This document shows positions 15,153 through 28,010 of a stretch of 64,000 nucleotides of DNA, one piece after another. Within the stretch, counting starts at the first letter, position 1. Each line of letters opens with the position of its first letter. A model generated the notes under the pieces. The model did no database searches, was not told the origin of the DNA, and saw only the letters and a program-made list of their open reading frames with translations. The translations under genes and the position numbers were made by a program. Source of the DNA: Mobula birostris (Eukaryota); contig NC_092371.1 of assembly GCF_030028105.1 (NCBI RefSeq), positions 156,374,490-156,438,489 on the forward strand. The letters are read 5' to 3'.

Positions 15153-16276
15153 TTATTTTTTTTTTTGCAAAGTGTTACAAAGTGGAAATGGTGAGATGGG
15201 ATTATCTGATCACGATTGATTCCATAACATTGACCCCAAACTCCATGATATTTCAAAGAATGACAGTAAGCCTGACGCCGAAGATACAGAAGTCTACTGG
15301 AGTTCACAAAATCTCCTGTGTGCCCTCCCCCTTCCCACCTCCAACTATGAAATATCCCAACACTGTTGTTTTCTGGACCCTTCTCCTTTACTCTATGCAG
15401 CTATTTTTAAGTGTACAGACTTGAAAATGGAGTTAGTATCCTCACCAGTAATCACATCATTTGAAAGTTTGATGCACCACTTGCCTGACCCTCCTCATTG
15501 TTGCAGTGGTCATCCATTCCCTCTTTGGCCGTACCGTAAGGCAGCTATGGTTGTGTAAGGTCAGTCCTCACAGCCCTGGGACAACACTGCAGGAGTCCCA
15601 TGGTCAGTCCTAATCATTCCCTCTCCTCCAGAAATGTGAATGATCACTGAATAATCCAAAGTTATTTGTTCCAGTTTCCAGTCTTCAGAAAGCAATTCTA
15701 CCCACCCCTGCATGCAACAAGCCCAATTTACGGCCAGTTAAGTGGCAAGTCACATTTGTTCCCCATGGTTACCTCTAAAAGGAGAGTGTTGAACCTTCTA
15801 ATCTCGGCATTTAGTGGTGTTACCACCACTGAGTTCCACACCATATTTCTGAACATCTCCACTGACCAGAAACTCAACTGGAAAAGCCACATAAATGCCA
15901 TTACTGTACGGGAAGGTTGGAGGCTCAGCATCCTGCAGAGCGATTCACATCTCTCCGATGTCTTTCCAGCACCCAGCAGGCACAATAAAGGAACACAGTG
16001 CACGGGTCTCTACATTCCTACATGCTTTAGTAAGTGAAGAAGCCGGAACAAAACTGTGCTCTTGATCGGTCACTCATCCACTAACTAAATATTCAGCTCT
16101 TCCAGCATCAACAGAGTGGCTGCAGTATGTACCAACTTCAAAATGCACTGTAGCAACTCTCCAAGGCATCTCAGAGAAAAGATATTAAGCTTGCATCCTC
16201 TACTTCCTAAATGAACATTAGCAAGAGTGGTGGAAAGCTAAAATTAGCAAATTCTCTTCTCTTACACTTGGAAGTA

Positions 16277-16794
16277 CAGTTATTTTATTAGGCACACCTG
16301 TACACCAGCTCATTCATGCAAGTATCTACGCAGTCAATCACGTGGCAGCAACTTAGTGCATAAAAGCATGCAGACAAGGTCAAGAGGGTCAGTTGTTGTT
16401 CACACCAAACTCAGAATGGGGAAGAAATATGACTTAAGTGACTTTGATTGTGAATGATTGTAGGTGCCAGATGGGGTCCTTTGAGTATCTCAAAAACTGC
16501 TGATCTCCTGGGATAAACATGCACAATGTCCTCTGGAGTTTACAGAGAATGGTGTGAGTACCAGTTCTGTGGGCAAAAATGCTGTGTTAATAAGAGATGT
16601 TAGAGGATAACGGCCAGATTGGTTCAAGCTGACAGGAAGGCGACAGTAACTCGAATAACCATGCATTACAGCAGTGGTGTGCAGAACAGCATCTCTGAAT
16701 GCATAAACATCGAATCTTGAGGTGCATAGGCTAGAACAGCAGAAGACCACACCGGGGGTCCACTCTTGTATGTAATATAAGTGGCCACAGAGTG
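16277..16794 (+). mobile_element. Tc1-derived MITE (cactcagtggccactttattaggtac family), degenerate
   Basis: Internal similarity to 43443-43928 and 52561-53095; right TIR aagtggccacagagtg. Confidence 0.75.
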
Positions 16795-19284
16795 TCTATC
16801 CAAGTTCCTTCCTTGTCAGTGGATCTACATCTTGGACCTCAGTGTTATGCAAGTACTTTGCACTTGACTACACAGTTAACTGCTTCTGTCTCAGGGACAA
16901 TTAAAGAGGGGCAATAATTATTGGTCCTGTCAGATCAAATAATAATAAAGAATATGAACATCAGTGATATTTCTGGCATAAATCACTATGGCCATTGTAC
17001 AAGATGTTTTTGAAACAGTTGTAGTTAACAGTGAACCTAATATTAAAAGATGGAGGCTTTATATCCTCTTTGAACTTCAGAATTGTCTTGAGAACCTAGC
17101 TGTGCATTCAGCTGTTCATTTGATCTCTACATAAGGAAAAGATTCAATATGGGCATTAACTCATCCTTTGAAGGATGATGGGCAAATTATTCATAAACTT
17201 TCCAAGATGTGTATTCCAAAATACGAGTTTCTTCCTGAATGGCTAAACTATTAGGGGGAGTGAGAAACACCATCAAATATGATAAGTGAATTCAATCACT
17301 TAAAGCAAAAATTCTGTACATATATTGTCTAAAATGGCTCTCATTTCAACATGTGACACTGAAAAAAATACTCAACTAACTGATGAGCCCACATCACTAT
17401 GTGCATGGGTTAATTTTGTTTCATGTGACCAGAAGGCACTGTTCAAATGTATCTTAGCTGTGAATGACTTTAGATAATTGATTTATCCTGCATGCAGCAA
17501 TCAGACTGTGTGATATTTAATATCTCCTGCAGTGATGAAAAGCTTGTGCTCACTTGTTCTCCTGTGTGCAACTGCATAACCTAAAAGCAAATGTCGATTC
17601 TGCTATCTCACTTGCAGCATAAGTAGGTCACACAAGTCCTCATACCTGCTTTGCCATTTGATACATCATGGCTGACCTAATCTTGTCCTCAGCTTCGCAC
17701 TCCTGCCTTGCCTCTAACAACTAAAGTCCTAAAACAATGGTCTGGACCAAAAATCTAACTTCACTTGACTATCTGGCTTCTGCAGTCCTCTGGAATAGAG
17801 TTCTAGGCTTCCATTCCAAGCAGACAGAGTCTGAAGAATGAAGACCTGCATACCAATGCAAGTTAAAAGGCGTTGGGCAAGACCAATATTGGACAGTAGG
17901 AAAGCAGGTAATTGAGATAGCTTATTGTTAACATTAAAAGGAAGTATTGTCTGAGAATCAATGGAAACAGACCTGAATTTATTTCAGTAGAGTCATGAGG
18001 AATGAATAAATGTTTTGTCAATGGGAAATAATTCATATAAAAATATTAATAAAGTTAACACTTGAGGGCTTCTTAGTCGTTACGAGGCATAAAAATCAGA
18101 ACTGAACATTTTGGGAAATTTAATAAATTCAATTTGTGCTTGAGCATTTATGTAACTGGAATGTTTTAAAGAGGAACTGATTAATTGGTATATTTTATTA
18201 TCCTATTACCATGATGAGTTCACTCTATTTCTCATACTGACTTATAAGGTCCCTCCTGAAATAGGATGTTGGCTCAGCTTTTGTTGGCAGTTCCACAAGG
18301 AACTACGGGCATGGCTCAGTGAAGTACCAGTAAGCTTTGAGATCCCTGTGTAAATGTGGAAATCCCAAACTTCCTAGCCAAACTCTGCTGGCACTTGCTG
18401 GGTGGTGATCAGCTCTCGGACCCTGTGCCAAGTGAATAGCGATCACAGGATTGTAGTGAAGGAAAAGAAAAATATGGTATGAAACATTTTTTAACTTAAT
18501 GGTTTAATTGATTTTTAAAAAATAATTTTATTAACTAAAATCTTCATTATGATTTTTTTAAAATATTTAAGTTTTAGCTATTTGAAAAATATTGACAGCT
18601 TTAATTGCTAGCAAACTGAGACATGTTTTTCTCAAGTGTCCAAGGTTTCCAATGGAGTTGCTAGGCAGGGATTGCTCTGATCTTGCTGAACTTCTGAGAG
18701 GGTGACCTGTCATTGCATGAGGCAAGACACCAGCCTAACTTCATACCTGACAAGAACCACACTACTTCAACTTCACAGGCACACGTGAAATCTCTATTAT
18801 TCTTCCCAAAACAAAAGTGTGTGCTATATGTACTAAAAATAGTAAGTGTGTGAAAGGTATGAATTATTGCTGTATATCACTAGTTATATCAATCATCTTT
18901 TAAATAGCATGTTACTCAAAAAACACATAAATGACAGTTCTGACCTATCTACAAGTGCACTACAAGTATTCTCAATCCGCTTGAAGGTCACTAATTCCCA
19001 AGGGAGAAGCTGACAAGTGCTTTTAGCAAGGATGGGAGTTAGGAGAGCAGAATCAAAATGAAAGAATTTTTGACTCCCCTCTCTTGTGTTTACCTTCAGC
19101 ATGCACTCACAACTTGTGCTTGTCCGTGTCAAACCACCAATGCCAATAACATCGCTGACAACACTTTCCCATAACAACATTGCTTTGAGTTTGACCTTTG
19201 ACAGCTTGTTCTTCAACTCACCACCAAACATTCCACTCCATAATTTGAAAATATGCTTAGAAATTAAGAGCAGGAAAGATAGAT

Positions 19285-19349
19285 CAGGGGTTCCCAATGT
19301 CAGGTCTGCTGACCCCCTTCTTAATGGTAATGATTAATGGGAACCCCTG
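19285..19349. mobile_element. 65-bp hAT-Charlie-type MITE
   Basis: TIRs caggggttccca / tgggaacccctg; 8-bp TSD agatagat / atatagat. Confidence 0.8.
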
Positions 19350-19847
19350 ATATAGATAACAACAAATGAAAGGTGACTTCAAATATATATAAAAAATCCA
19401 AATACAAGCAACCGTTCTACATGGTTGTAACGGAGTCTGATTTTTTGAGGGCATCTTCTATTTATGTGCCCAGAACTCTGGCTGGATATAAATAATGTTT
19501 GATGACCTTAGAGTATCACAATAACTTACTTCCGTATATGACAAAAATGCACAACCCTCCAAGTACTCTATTCAACATTAAAAAGATTCTCAACATTAAA
19601 AGGATTAGCATCCATGGATGAAAGTAAACTATATTGTTGCTGGTGTGGTCAGGGTCGTAAACACAGCCTTTTTTATCCATTGAACTGAAAGTTTCCAACA
19701 TTTCCCTATTCAAACAGTGCAAAAGCCTCTGCCAGCTTGTGTCCACTTTGCAGGTTGGTAGGTAAACCAGCCACTATAAATTACACTTAGGAGAGCTGTA
19801 GAACTTGGGGAAATGATGGGAATGTAGGGAGCTTAAAACAGGATTTA

Positions 19848-21338
19848 TGGTGTCTATAAAAAATATTCACCACTCCCCCTGGAAGTTTTCAGGTTTTATT
19901 GTTTTACAACATTGAATCACAGTGGATTTAATCTGGCTTTTTTTGACAGTAATCAACAGAAAAAGACTCTTTCGTGTCAAAGTGATAACAGATCTCTACA
20001 AAGTGATCTAAATTGATTTCAAATATAAAGCACAAAATAATTGATTGCATAAGTATTTACCTCATTTAATAAGACACACCAAATCATCACTGGTGCAGCC
20101 AATTGGTTTTACAAGTTACAGAATTACTTATATGGAAATCACTTGTGTGCAGTTAAGGTGTTTCATGCAGTAAAAATATACCTGTATCTGGAAGGTCCAA
20201 CTGCTGGTGAGTTACTATCCTGGCAAAAACTACACCATGAAGACAAAAGAACATTTCAAACAACTCCGTGAAAAGGTTATTGAAAAGCACAAGTCAGGAA
20301 ATGGATACAAGAAAATTTCCAAGTCACTGAATATCCCAGTTAAGAATATGGCGCAGCTGAAAATCTGCCAAGAGCAGGCTGTCCTCAAAAGCTGAGTGAC
20401 CGTGCAAGAAAAGGAACAGTGAGGGATGCCATCAACAGACCTATGGTAACTCTAGAGGAGTTACAAGCTTCAGTGGCTGAGGTGGGAGAGACTGCGCATA
20501 CAGCTGTTGGCTAGGTGCTTCAGCAGTTGCAGCTTTATGGGAGAGTGGCAGAGAGAAAGTCACTGTTAAAAAACTCACATGAAATATTGGCAAGAGTTTG
20601 CCAGAAGGCATGTGAGAGACTCTGAGGTCAACTGGAAGAAGGTATGGTCTGAAGAAACCAAAATTGAGCTTTTTGGCCAGACTAAATGTGATGTTTGCCG
20701 TGAGCCAAACACTGCACATCATCAAAAAGACACCTTCTCTACAATATACAAGAAAATCCCAGAGGAAAACCTGATGCAGTCTGCAAGAGAACTGTGACTA
20801 GCGAAAAGATCTGTTTTCCAGCAAGACAATGACCAAAAGCATAAAGCGAAAGCTACACAGGAATAGCTTGAAAACAACAAAGTTAATGTCCTGGAGTGGC
20901 CAAGTCAGAGTTCAGACCTCAGTCCAATTGAGGATTTGTGGCTGGACTTAAAGGGTTGTTCACTCATGATCCCCATACAATCTTTGACAGAGCTTGAGCA
21001 GTTTGTACAGAAGAAGACTGGGGAAAAATTGCAGTGTCTAGATGTGCAAAGCTGATAGAGACCTACCCACACAGAGTCAAGGCTGTAATTGCTGGCAAAG
21101 GTGCATCTACTAAATACTGACTCGAAGGGTGTGAGCAATTATGCAATCCATTATTTTGTGTTTAATAATTGTAATAAATTTAGACCAATTTATAGGAATT
21201 TTTTCACTTTGATGCGAGAGTCCTTTCTGTTGATCAGTGTCAAAAAAGAGCAAAAAAAACCCCACTGTGATTCAATGTTGTAAAACAATAAAACATGAAA
21301 ATGTCCAAGGGGGGTGTGAATATTTTTTATAGGCATTG
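19848..21338 (+). mobile_element. Near full-length decayed Tc1 transposon (second family)
   Basis: Long TIRs (gtgtctataaaaaatattcac...gtgaatattttttataggcattg). Transposase remnants [59 protein letters not shown] with many stops and deletions. Confidence 0.88.
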
Positions 21339-21434
21339 TGTATAGAATTTGTGTAAATAGGTTCTTGATAGTCAGCACAGACTTTCTGCTTGTCTCTGTA
21401 CTCAGCTGTGTGCCAGTAAAATATGGTCCAAAAG

Positions 21435-21675
21435 TGGCAACAAGGTAACGTAGTGGTTGGAGTGACGTTATTACAACACCTGTGACCTAGGTACTTTCCT
21501 GACACCATCTGTACGGAGTTTGTACATTTTCTCTGTGACTGTGTGGGTTTCCTCTGGGTGCTCTGTTTTCCATCCACATTCTGAAGATGTTCAGATTAGC
21601 AGGTTAATTGGTCACGTGTAATTGGGTGATGCGGACTTGTTGGCCTGAAAAGGTCTGTTATCATGCCGTACCTCT
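21435..21675 (+). mobile_element. V-SINE
   Basis: tRNA-like head (gtagtggttg), V-domain ctgtacggagtttgtacatt...gggtttcctctgggtgctc, CR1-like tail. Confidence 0.7.
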
Positions 21676-22774
21676 AGGTTTTTAAAAAAGCTACTGCTGT
21701 CAAGACAACTATGCTTCAAACTCTACTAAAATGTTACAAATGGGCACTGCATTATATTTACCAAAATATAATTATATTTTGTAGTGTGCTGCTACCACAA
21801 AACAAATTTCGTGACATATGTCAGTGATATTAAACCTGATTCTGATTCTTTTCACGGGTGGCTTGTATGGTTGCATGATCAGATTCCACTGAAAACAAAC
21901 AGCGTGAAAGCTTTCTCGATGTTGTCCAGGATGAGGGACCTCAGTAATGAGTTGGGATTTGGAACTGTTCTTTTCAGTAAACCTTAGCAAGGTTTTAAAG
22001 ATGATAAATTCTGTTGGAGTGCATGACACTGTTTGGGTCAAAAGCAAATGATCATTAAAACACTGACAAAATGGATAGATAGCACAGCAGAAGAATATGT
22101 TCTCATTCTGGATTGGGGTGCTTCAACTTGAAAAGGCACGGCAAGCTGATTCTATAGATTTTTTTACATGGTCACAGATAAGCAGACAAAGATCAAGCTA
22201 AAGGTACGATCCCAGCATCTAGCAGGAGTGGTTTGGACAGTATCACCTCTTCCTTTACTGTAAGCATCTGCCATTCAAAAGATGTTGAACCTGCCAGCTA
22301 ACTTAATAAATGTGAAAGCTTGGGGATTGCTTAGAAGCTTGAAGGATGCGAGCATGAAACATGAATTATTCTCCATTGTAATGCCTGGAACAATGATGAT
22401 CTCTAGCAGCACCAGTGGCTTATCCACTCCAGGTCGTAGGAAACAATTACTATTATAGGTATGTCATAATGAAGGGTCCAAATGACTTAAATTATTCATA
22501 CGTGATATTCTGACATGCTGAAGGAAAAAAAAGACTGTCAACTATGATATCACTGTTCTTGGCCAGAATGGAGATAATTTGGCAATACTGAATCCTCTGT
22601 ACCTGAAGCACTGTGAATGATTTTACTTACAGTTGCCATCCATTCACTGCAGTTTTCTGAAGTTGTATTCTATAACAGTATTTTCATTTCTTTTTAAACT
22701 CAGATCTAAACATGGGCATCAGTGGCAAGGCAATTGTTCACTGCCCATCTCTAACGCTTTTCAGAAAGGTCAAA

Positions 22775-23378
22775 GTTAATTCATTAGGATGTACTGCTGA
22801 GCCTTTATAAGGCATTGGTGAGACTGCACTTGGAGTATTGTGAGCAGACTTGGGCCCCTTATCTAAGAATGGATGTGCTGGCATTCGAGCAAATCCAGAG
22901 GAGGTTCAGAAGAATAATCCTGGGAATGAAAGGGTTAATTTATGTGGCGTGTCTGATGGCTCTGGGTGTGCACTTGCTGGAGTTTAGAAGAATGAGTGGG
23001 ATCTCATTGAAACCTATTGAATATTTATAGGCCTAGATAGAATGGATATGGATAGGATGTTTCCTATAGTGGAGGAGTCTAAGATCAGAAGGCACAGCCT
23101 CTGAATACAATAACATCCCTTTGGAACAGAGACGAGGGAGAATTTCATTAGTCAGAGGGTAGCGAATTTGTGGAATTCATTGCCATGGACAGCAGTGGAA
23201 ACTAAGGCATTGAGTATATTTAAAGCAGAGTTTGATAGGTTCTTGATTAGTTAGGGTATCAAAGGCTAAGGGAGAAGGCAGGAGAATAGGGTTGACAGGG
23301 ATAATAAATCAGCCATGATGGAATGGCAGAGGAGACTCAATAGGCCAACAGGCCTAATTTTGCTCCTTTGTCTTGTGC
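22775..23378 (+). mobile_element. CR1 LINE 3' fragment
   Basis: ORF 22815..23030 VRLHLEYCEQTWAPYLRMDV...IQRRFRRII, plus 3' UTR. Confidence 0.85.
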
Positions 23379-23384
23379 TACCTT

Positions 23385-23860
23385 GACATTCATTTCCTTG
23401 CAGGTATTTATAAGAAATACATAGAACCTATGAAAGCCCCTACATAAACAAAGACTGACAAACAATCATGTCCAAAAGATGACAAACTGCAAATAAAAAT
23501 AATACTGAGCTGTAAAAAGTCCCTGAAAAGGAGTCTGTTGGTTGCAGAATCAGTTAAGAGCTGTGGTGAGTGATGTTGTTAACATCGATTCGGGTGTGAG
23601 ATGGTTGTCAGATAATAACGGCTCCTGAACCCGGTGGCAGGGGATTTAAGGATTCAGTATGTCCTGCCTGATGGTAGCAGCAAGAGGAGAGCATGGCTTG
23701 GATGGTGAGGGTATTTGATGATAGATGCTGCTTTCTTATGACAGTGCTCCTTGTAAATGTGCTCAATGATTGGGAGGGCTTTGCCTATGATGGACTGGGC
23801 TGTGTCCACCACTTTCTATAGTTTCTTCATTACTGGACACTCTCCACTGTGCATCTAGAC
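23385..23860 (-). mobile_element. Rex1-like LINE 3' fragment
   Basis: Reverse-complement similarity to 4480-4700 (gatggtagcagcaagaggagagcatggcttggatggtgagg...gatggactgggctg). Confidence 0.55.
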
Positions 23861-24167
23861 GATTGTTAACAGTTTTTGGTGACACCATTCGACTTGTATT
23901 TGGAGAGTCTGCTTTATTTTCAATCTTTGCTTTAATTTACAGAAAGCATCTTAAACAGGTTCATTGGATCTTTGCAAATAGACTATTTCCAATGTCCCTT
24001 TAATGTGGTAAATTGCACACTGGAGGAAGTGCTCTTTGCAAATTTGAAGTAATACAAGCCTACAGAATGGAAACAACAGGAATTCTGCAGATGCTGGAAA
24101 TTCAAGCAACACACATCATACTTGCTGGTGAACGCAGCAGGCCAGGCAGCATCTCTAGGAAGAGGTA

Positions 24168-24205
24168 CAGTCGACGTTTCAGGCCGAGACCCTTCGTCAG
24201 GACTA
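24168..24205 (-). ncRNA. Minimal type I hammerhead ribozyme motif, sense to the ADGRB3 pre-mRNA
   Basis: UAGUC-CUGACGA-AGG-GUCUCGG-CCU-GAAA-CG-UC/GACUG: conserved CUGANGA and GAAA boxes, stem I UAGUC:GACUG, stem II AGG:CCU, palindromic ACGU in place of stem III. Confidence 0.75.
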
Positions 24206-24519
24206 ACTGAAGGAAGAGTTAGTAAGAGATTTGAAAGTGGGAGGGGGAGGGGGAGATCTGAAATGATAGGAGAAGACAGGAAGGGGAGGGATGGAGCCAA
24301 GAGCTGGACAGGTGATTGGCAAAAGGGATACGAGAGGATCATGGGACAGGAGGTCCGGGAAGAAAGACAAGGGGAAGGGGAACCCAGAGGATGGGCAAGG
24401 CCTTGCCAATCACCTGTCCAGCTCTTGGCTCCATCACTCCCGCTCCTGTCTTCTCCTATCATTTTGGATCTCCCCCTCCCCCTCCCACTTTCAAATCTCT
24501 TACTAACTCTTCCTTCAGT

Positions 24520-24557
24520 TAGTCCTGACGAAGGGTCTCGGCCTGAAACGTCGACTG
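24520..24557 (+). ncRNA. Minimal type I hammerhead ribozyme motif (inverted copy)
   Basis: tagtcctgacgaagggtctcggcctgaaacgtcgactg, identical to the minus-strand copy. Confidence 0.75.
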
Positions 24558-26394
24558 TACCTCTTCCTAGAGATGCTACAGAATGGAACATTGCACGAGA
24601 TTCCAAGGGCTGTGCCTCTGAAGCATCTGAAGGATGGGTGGCAGGTGGGTAGATACCATCGTACGTAAAGAATAGAGAATCTTTTTCAAACTTGAACTAA
24701 GGGATTTTCACAAACACACTTGAAAGAAGAGGTGGGATCTCAATTGAAAGATGTACACCTAACACTACAATAGTACACGTGTGTGTTAGTGTGAGCTTTG
24801 TGTTCAAGTCTCAGTACACACATGAATGAGAGGACGAAAGTCTCACGATATACCTAATCAGCATCCTTGAACATTAACGGAGCCACATTTAAACTTTAAA
24901 GCATCATTGATTGTCAACAAGATGTGATCTGTTTCTATATCAAGTTTAAGTAGTGGTCCTTAATAAAGGTAAATAAATAAGAAGTAGTTTTACGGATAGA
25001 GCCAGAAGGAACAACAACAGAATGTAAATGCAGTGCTTCTGATCATGTCCTACTCACCCTCATAAACCAAATGCCATAGCTGCAGTGCAGACTACAAGAT
25101 TTCCTCTAAAGTCCGATCACTGTGACTGATGCAAGGTGCAGAATTGTTAATTGTTCCCCCTGAACCTAGCAAAGTTAAAGGTAGGCTGGTAAGCTCTGCT
25201 CCTAAAACTGTTCTCAATTACCTCCAACCAGAACATGCACAGGTGACCCGGCTTCCATGCACATCCCAAAGATGTGAAGATCTGTATGTTAACTAGTCCC
25301 TAGTGCAGGAATAATAGAATTTGGGGGAAGGGGGATAATGAAAATGAACAGAAAATTAAAAAAAAACTGAGAATAAAAAATTGGTTTAATTTAAATGGAT
25401 GATGGTCAGCACAGACTCAATGGGCTGAAGGGCCATTTTTTAATGACATATATCTCTATGACTCAATGAGTCTTGTTTGGAATTAGTGTATCCCCGGCAA
25501 CAGCCAGTGCCAATGTGTTTTCTCCAATAGAGTGGGAATTGCTATTGTTTTTGATGCAGGCGAGCTTCAACTTGTGACTTAAGCTCTTGCCCATTAAAAC
25601 CTAGTTTGCAGCCCTCCTCTGTATGGTCCCTCTGAGATGAAAAAATGAGGTATCAATGTCAACAGATTATCTGAAGAGCTAAGCTGCCCTCTTTTCTTTC
25701 AAGGTGAAGAATAAAGTTCTGAAGTTCCATCAGACTGATACCAATAATCCAAACTCTGGGAACAAAGATCCAAATTAATAACAAAATGAATGTTTCAAAG
25801 TCCTGAAAACCACACAGCTCAACCCATCTGTCAGCTCTGACTGCCTACTGGAGAAGAACGGAAAAGCTGGATCTGATATCTAAAATTTTGGTATAGAAAA
25901 AAGCATAGAGGTATAAAAGCATAGTTGTCAAAAAGGAAACGAATAACAGGGGGCCTGACAGTGGGGCAGTGGGGGAGTGGCGCGAGGGTGGTGGTCACAT
26001 GCAGCACATTTATCCCAAGACATACTTGCATATATCCCCTCCAGCCTGTAATGATTCTTTGTCCTGTGGGAGGTGTAGAATGGGCTACAGAACATTTGTT
26101 CAAATTAATACTGTCACAGGAGCTTCGTCCTTCAGAGTTAAGTAATGGTGCAGCTGTTTCATAGAAATAAGGTTCAGCACCCTGGAGTGCTAAAGCTCAG
26201 TAGCGCGAATGGGCACCTCCTCCTTGTGGATGGCTGAATAGAAAAAAAAAGGAACTAAAGGGATCAGGTAGCTGCAGTGGTTCCAATATTCTGAACTGAG
26301 AATCCCAGAGTGCAACTTCACATCTCATTCTTGTAAATAGTAATGAGCAATGGGTTAGCAATCTGTATCATTAGGAAAAAAAAATACTGTTCAG

Positions 26395-27610
26395 TCACTT
26401 AGCACAGAAATAGGCCTTTCTGCCCATCATTTCCATGCTAGAATCAGGTTTATCATCACTGACATATGCTGAGAAACTTGTTGCTTTGTGGCAGCATTAC
26501 AGTCCAATTCATTAAAAGAACTGAGTTACAAAAAGAAATATAAAATTTAGATGACTAGCGCAAAAGAAGAGCTTTATTGGTTCATGGACCATTCAGAAAT
26601 CTGATGGCTTTTGACCAACGTTGACTATCTGTATTAATTTAACAGCACTTGGTCCATAGCCTTCTATGCGTTTCAGATTCAAGTGCTTGTCCTTCTCAGG
26701 TTGTGCCTTCTGGAGTCCCATCACCACTAAACTTCCTACCCCCTAACCAAAGCGTGTGTTTTCCAGTTTTGGGATCTCTGCTGTGGGGAAAAGTTTCTTT
26801 CTATTTATCCACTTTATGCCTCTACTTCCTTAAGTGTGGTGATCAAAACTGTATACAGTACCCCAGCTGTGGCCAAACTTCCTGCTTCTATGCTTTATGT
26901 TTAGTGAAGGCAAGCACTCTATATGTGTTCATCACCACCTTATATGCGCTGCCACTTTCAGAAATCGATGGACTTGCACCCTATTTCTCAACGCTCCCTT
27001 GTACCCTCCTATTCATGGTGTTGTCCTACCCCTAATAGATCTCCAAAAGAGCAACAGCTCAGAATTGCCAGGATTAAATTCCATCTGCCACTGCTCTGTT
27101 CTTCTTATCAACTGATTAATATTATCATGTTAGCTAAGACTGCACTTTCCATGTACCTCTAAACTCGTTAATCATATCTTCGACATTCACATCCACATTG
27201 TTACTATATATCAAATAGTAAGGAACCCTGCAACAATCACTGTGGTGAACCACTGGTCCAACCTTCCACCTCCTTTAAACAAACCAATTTATCAGCTTGC
27301 CTTGGATTCTGTGGTCTCTAACTGTTTGAATCAATCTCCCGTTAGACCCTGTGGAAAGCCTTAATGAGGTCCATGAACACAGTATTAACTAGGCTCCCCC
27401 CATCAACACATTTTGTTATTTCTTCAAAAAATTCAGGATCAAACCCTAATAAAATCGTGCTATCTTTGATTAATGCCTGCCTTGTCAAATCTAGATTAAT
27501 ATTGCCGCTCATAAGTTTATCCAATAACTTGACTGATGTGAGATCCACAGGCTTGTAGCCGCGTGGTTCATTTCTGCTGCCTTGCTTGAAGACAGGAACC
27601 ACCTTCCTGA
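26395..27610 (-). mobile_element. Highly degenerate CR1 LINE (fragmented)
   Basis: ORF 27342..27617 VVPVFKQGSRNEPRGYKPVDLTSV...FFEEITKCVD...MDLIKAF; aaactgtatacagtacccc motif; CR1 tail near 26400. Confidence 0.7.
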
Positions 27611-27639
27611 ATGCCACATTACAGGGCAGATATAATTGC

Positions 27640-28010
27640 TAACAGAGGATTCAGGGAAGATTCATCAGGATGTTGCCGGGATTGGAAGATTTTTGTCATA
27701 TGGAGAGGATGGATAAGTTGGACTTGTTTTCACTGGAGTGAAGGAAGCTGAGGGGTGACCTTATAAATGTATATAAGATTATGAGAGGTAGAGGGGGCAG
27801 AATAGTCAAACCTTTTTCCCCATCTTCACAGTATTGTTTTTGGGGTGGTTGATAATCTGGAATCTGCTGCCAGCACAGGAGGTGGAATCAGACATAAATA
27901 TTATAGATGAATACAGTCCTAATGTGGGCGAATAGGAAAAGTGTAGATGGGCAAAAAGGCTGGCACAGAAGTGGTGGGTTAGGTGACTCATTTCTGTGTT
28001 TTATGACTCT
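27640..28010 (+). mobile_element. CR1 LINE 3' fragment
   Basis: agattcatcaggatgttgccggga...ctgaggggtgaccttataaatgtatataagattatgagagg. Confidence 0.7.

Larger units (their letters stand above)
24073..24575. mobile_element. Young Penelope-derived palindromic insertion with two intact hammerhead cores
   Basis: 175-bp inverted arms 24148-24322 and 24403-24577 with an 80-bp spacer. Perfect 13-bp TSD ctacagaatggaa at 24060-24072 and 24576-24588. Confidence 0.93.

Noticed and set aside
15440-16260. Probable ancient CR1/L2-group LINE remnant (related stretch about 1150-1550; also 33990-34780)
   Set aside because: Only weak motif hints (DQKLNWKSHIN); family and boundaries cannot be supported.
18893-19297. 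134-aa minus-strand ORF and other TE-free ORFs (30334-30702, 39989-40465)
   Set aside because: No recognisable domain, no convincing splice signals and no place in the BAI3 protein; consistent with chance ORFs.
23983-24652. Mirror-image ORFs of 207 aa (-) and 176 aa (+) sharing peptide sequence
   Set aside because: Artefact of the palindromic Penelope 3' UTR; not a protein-coding gene.
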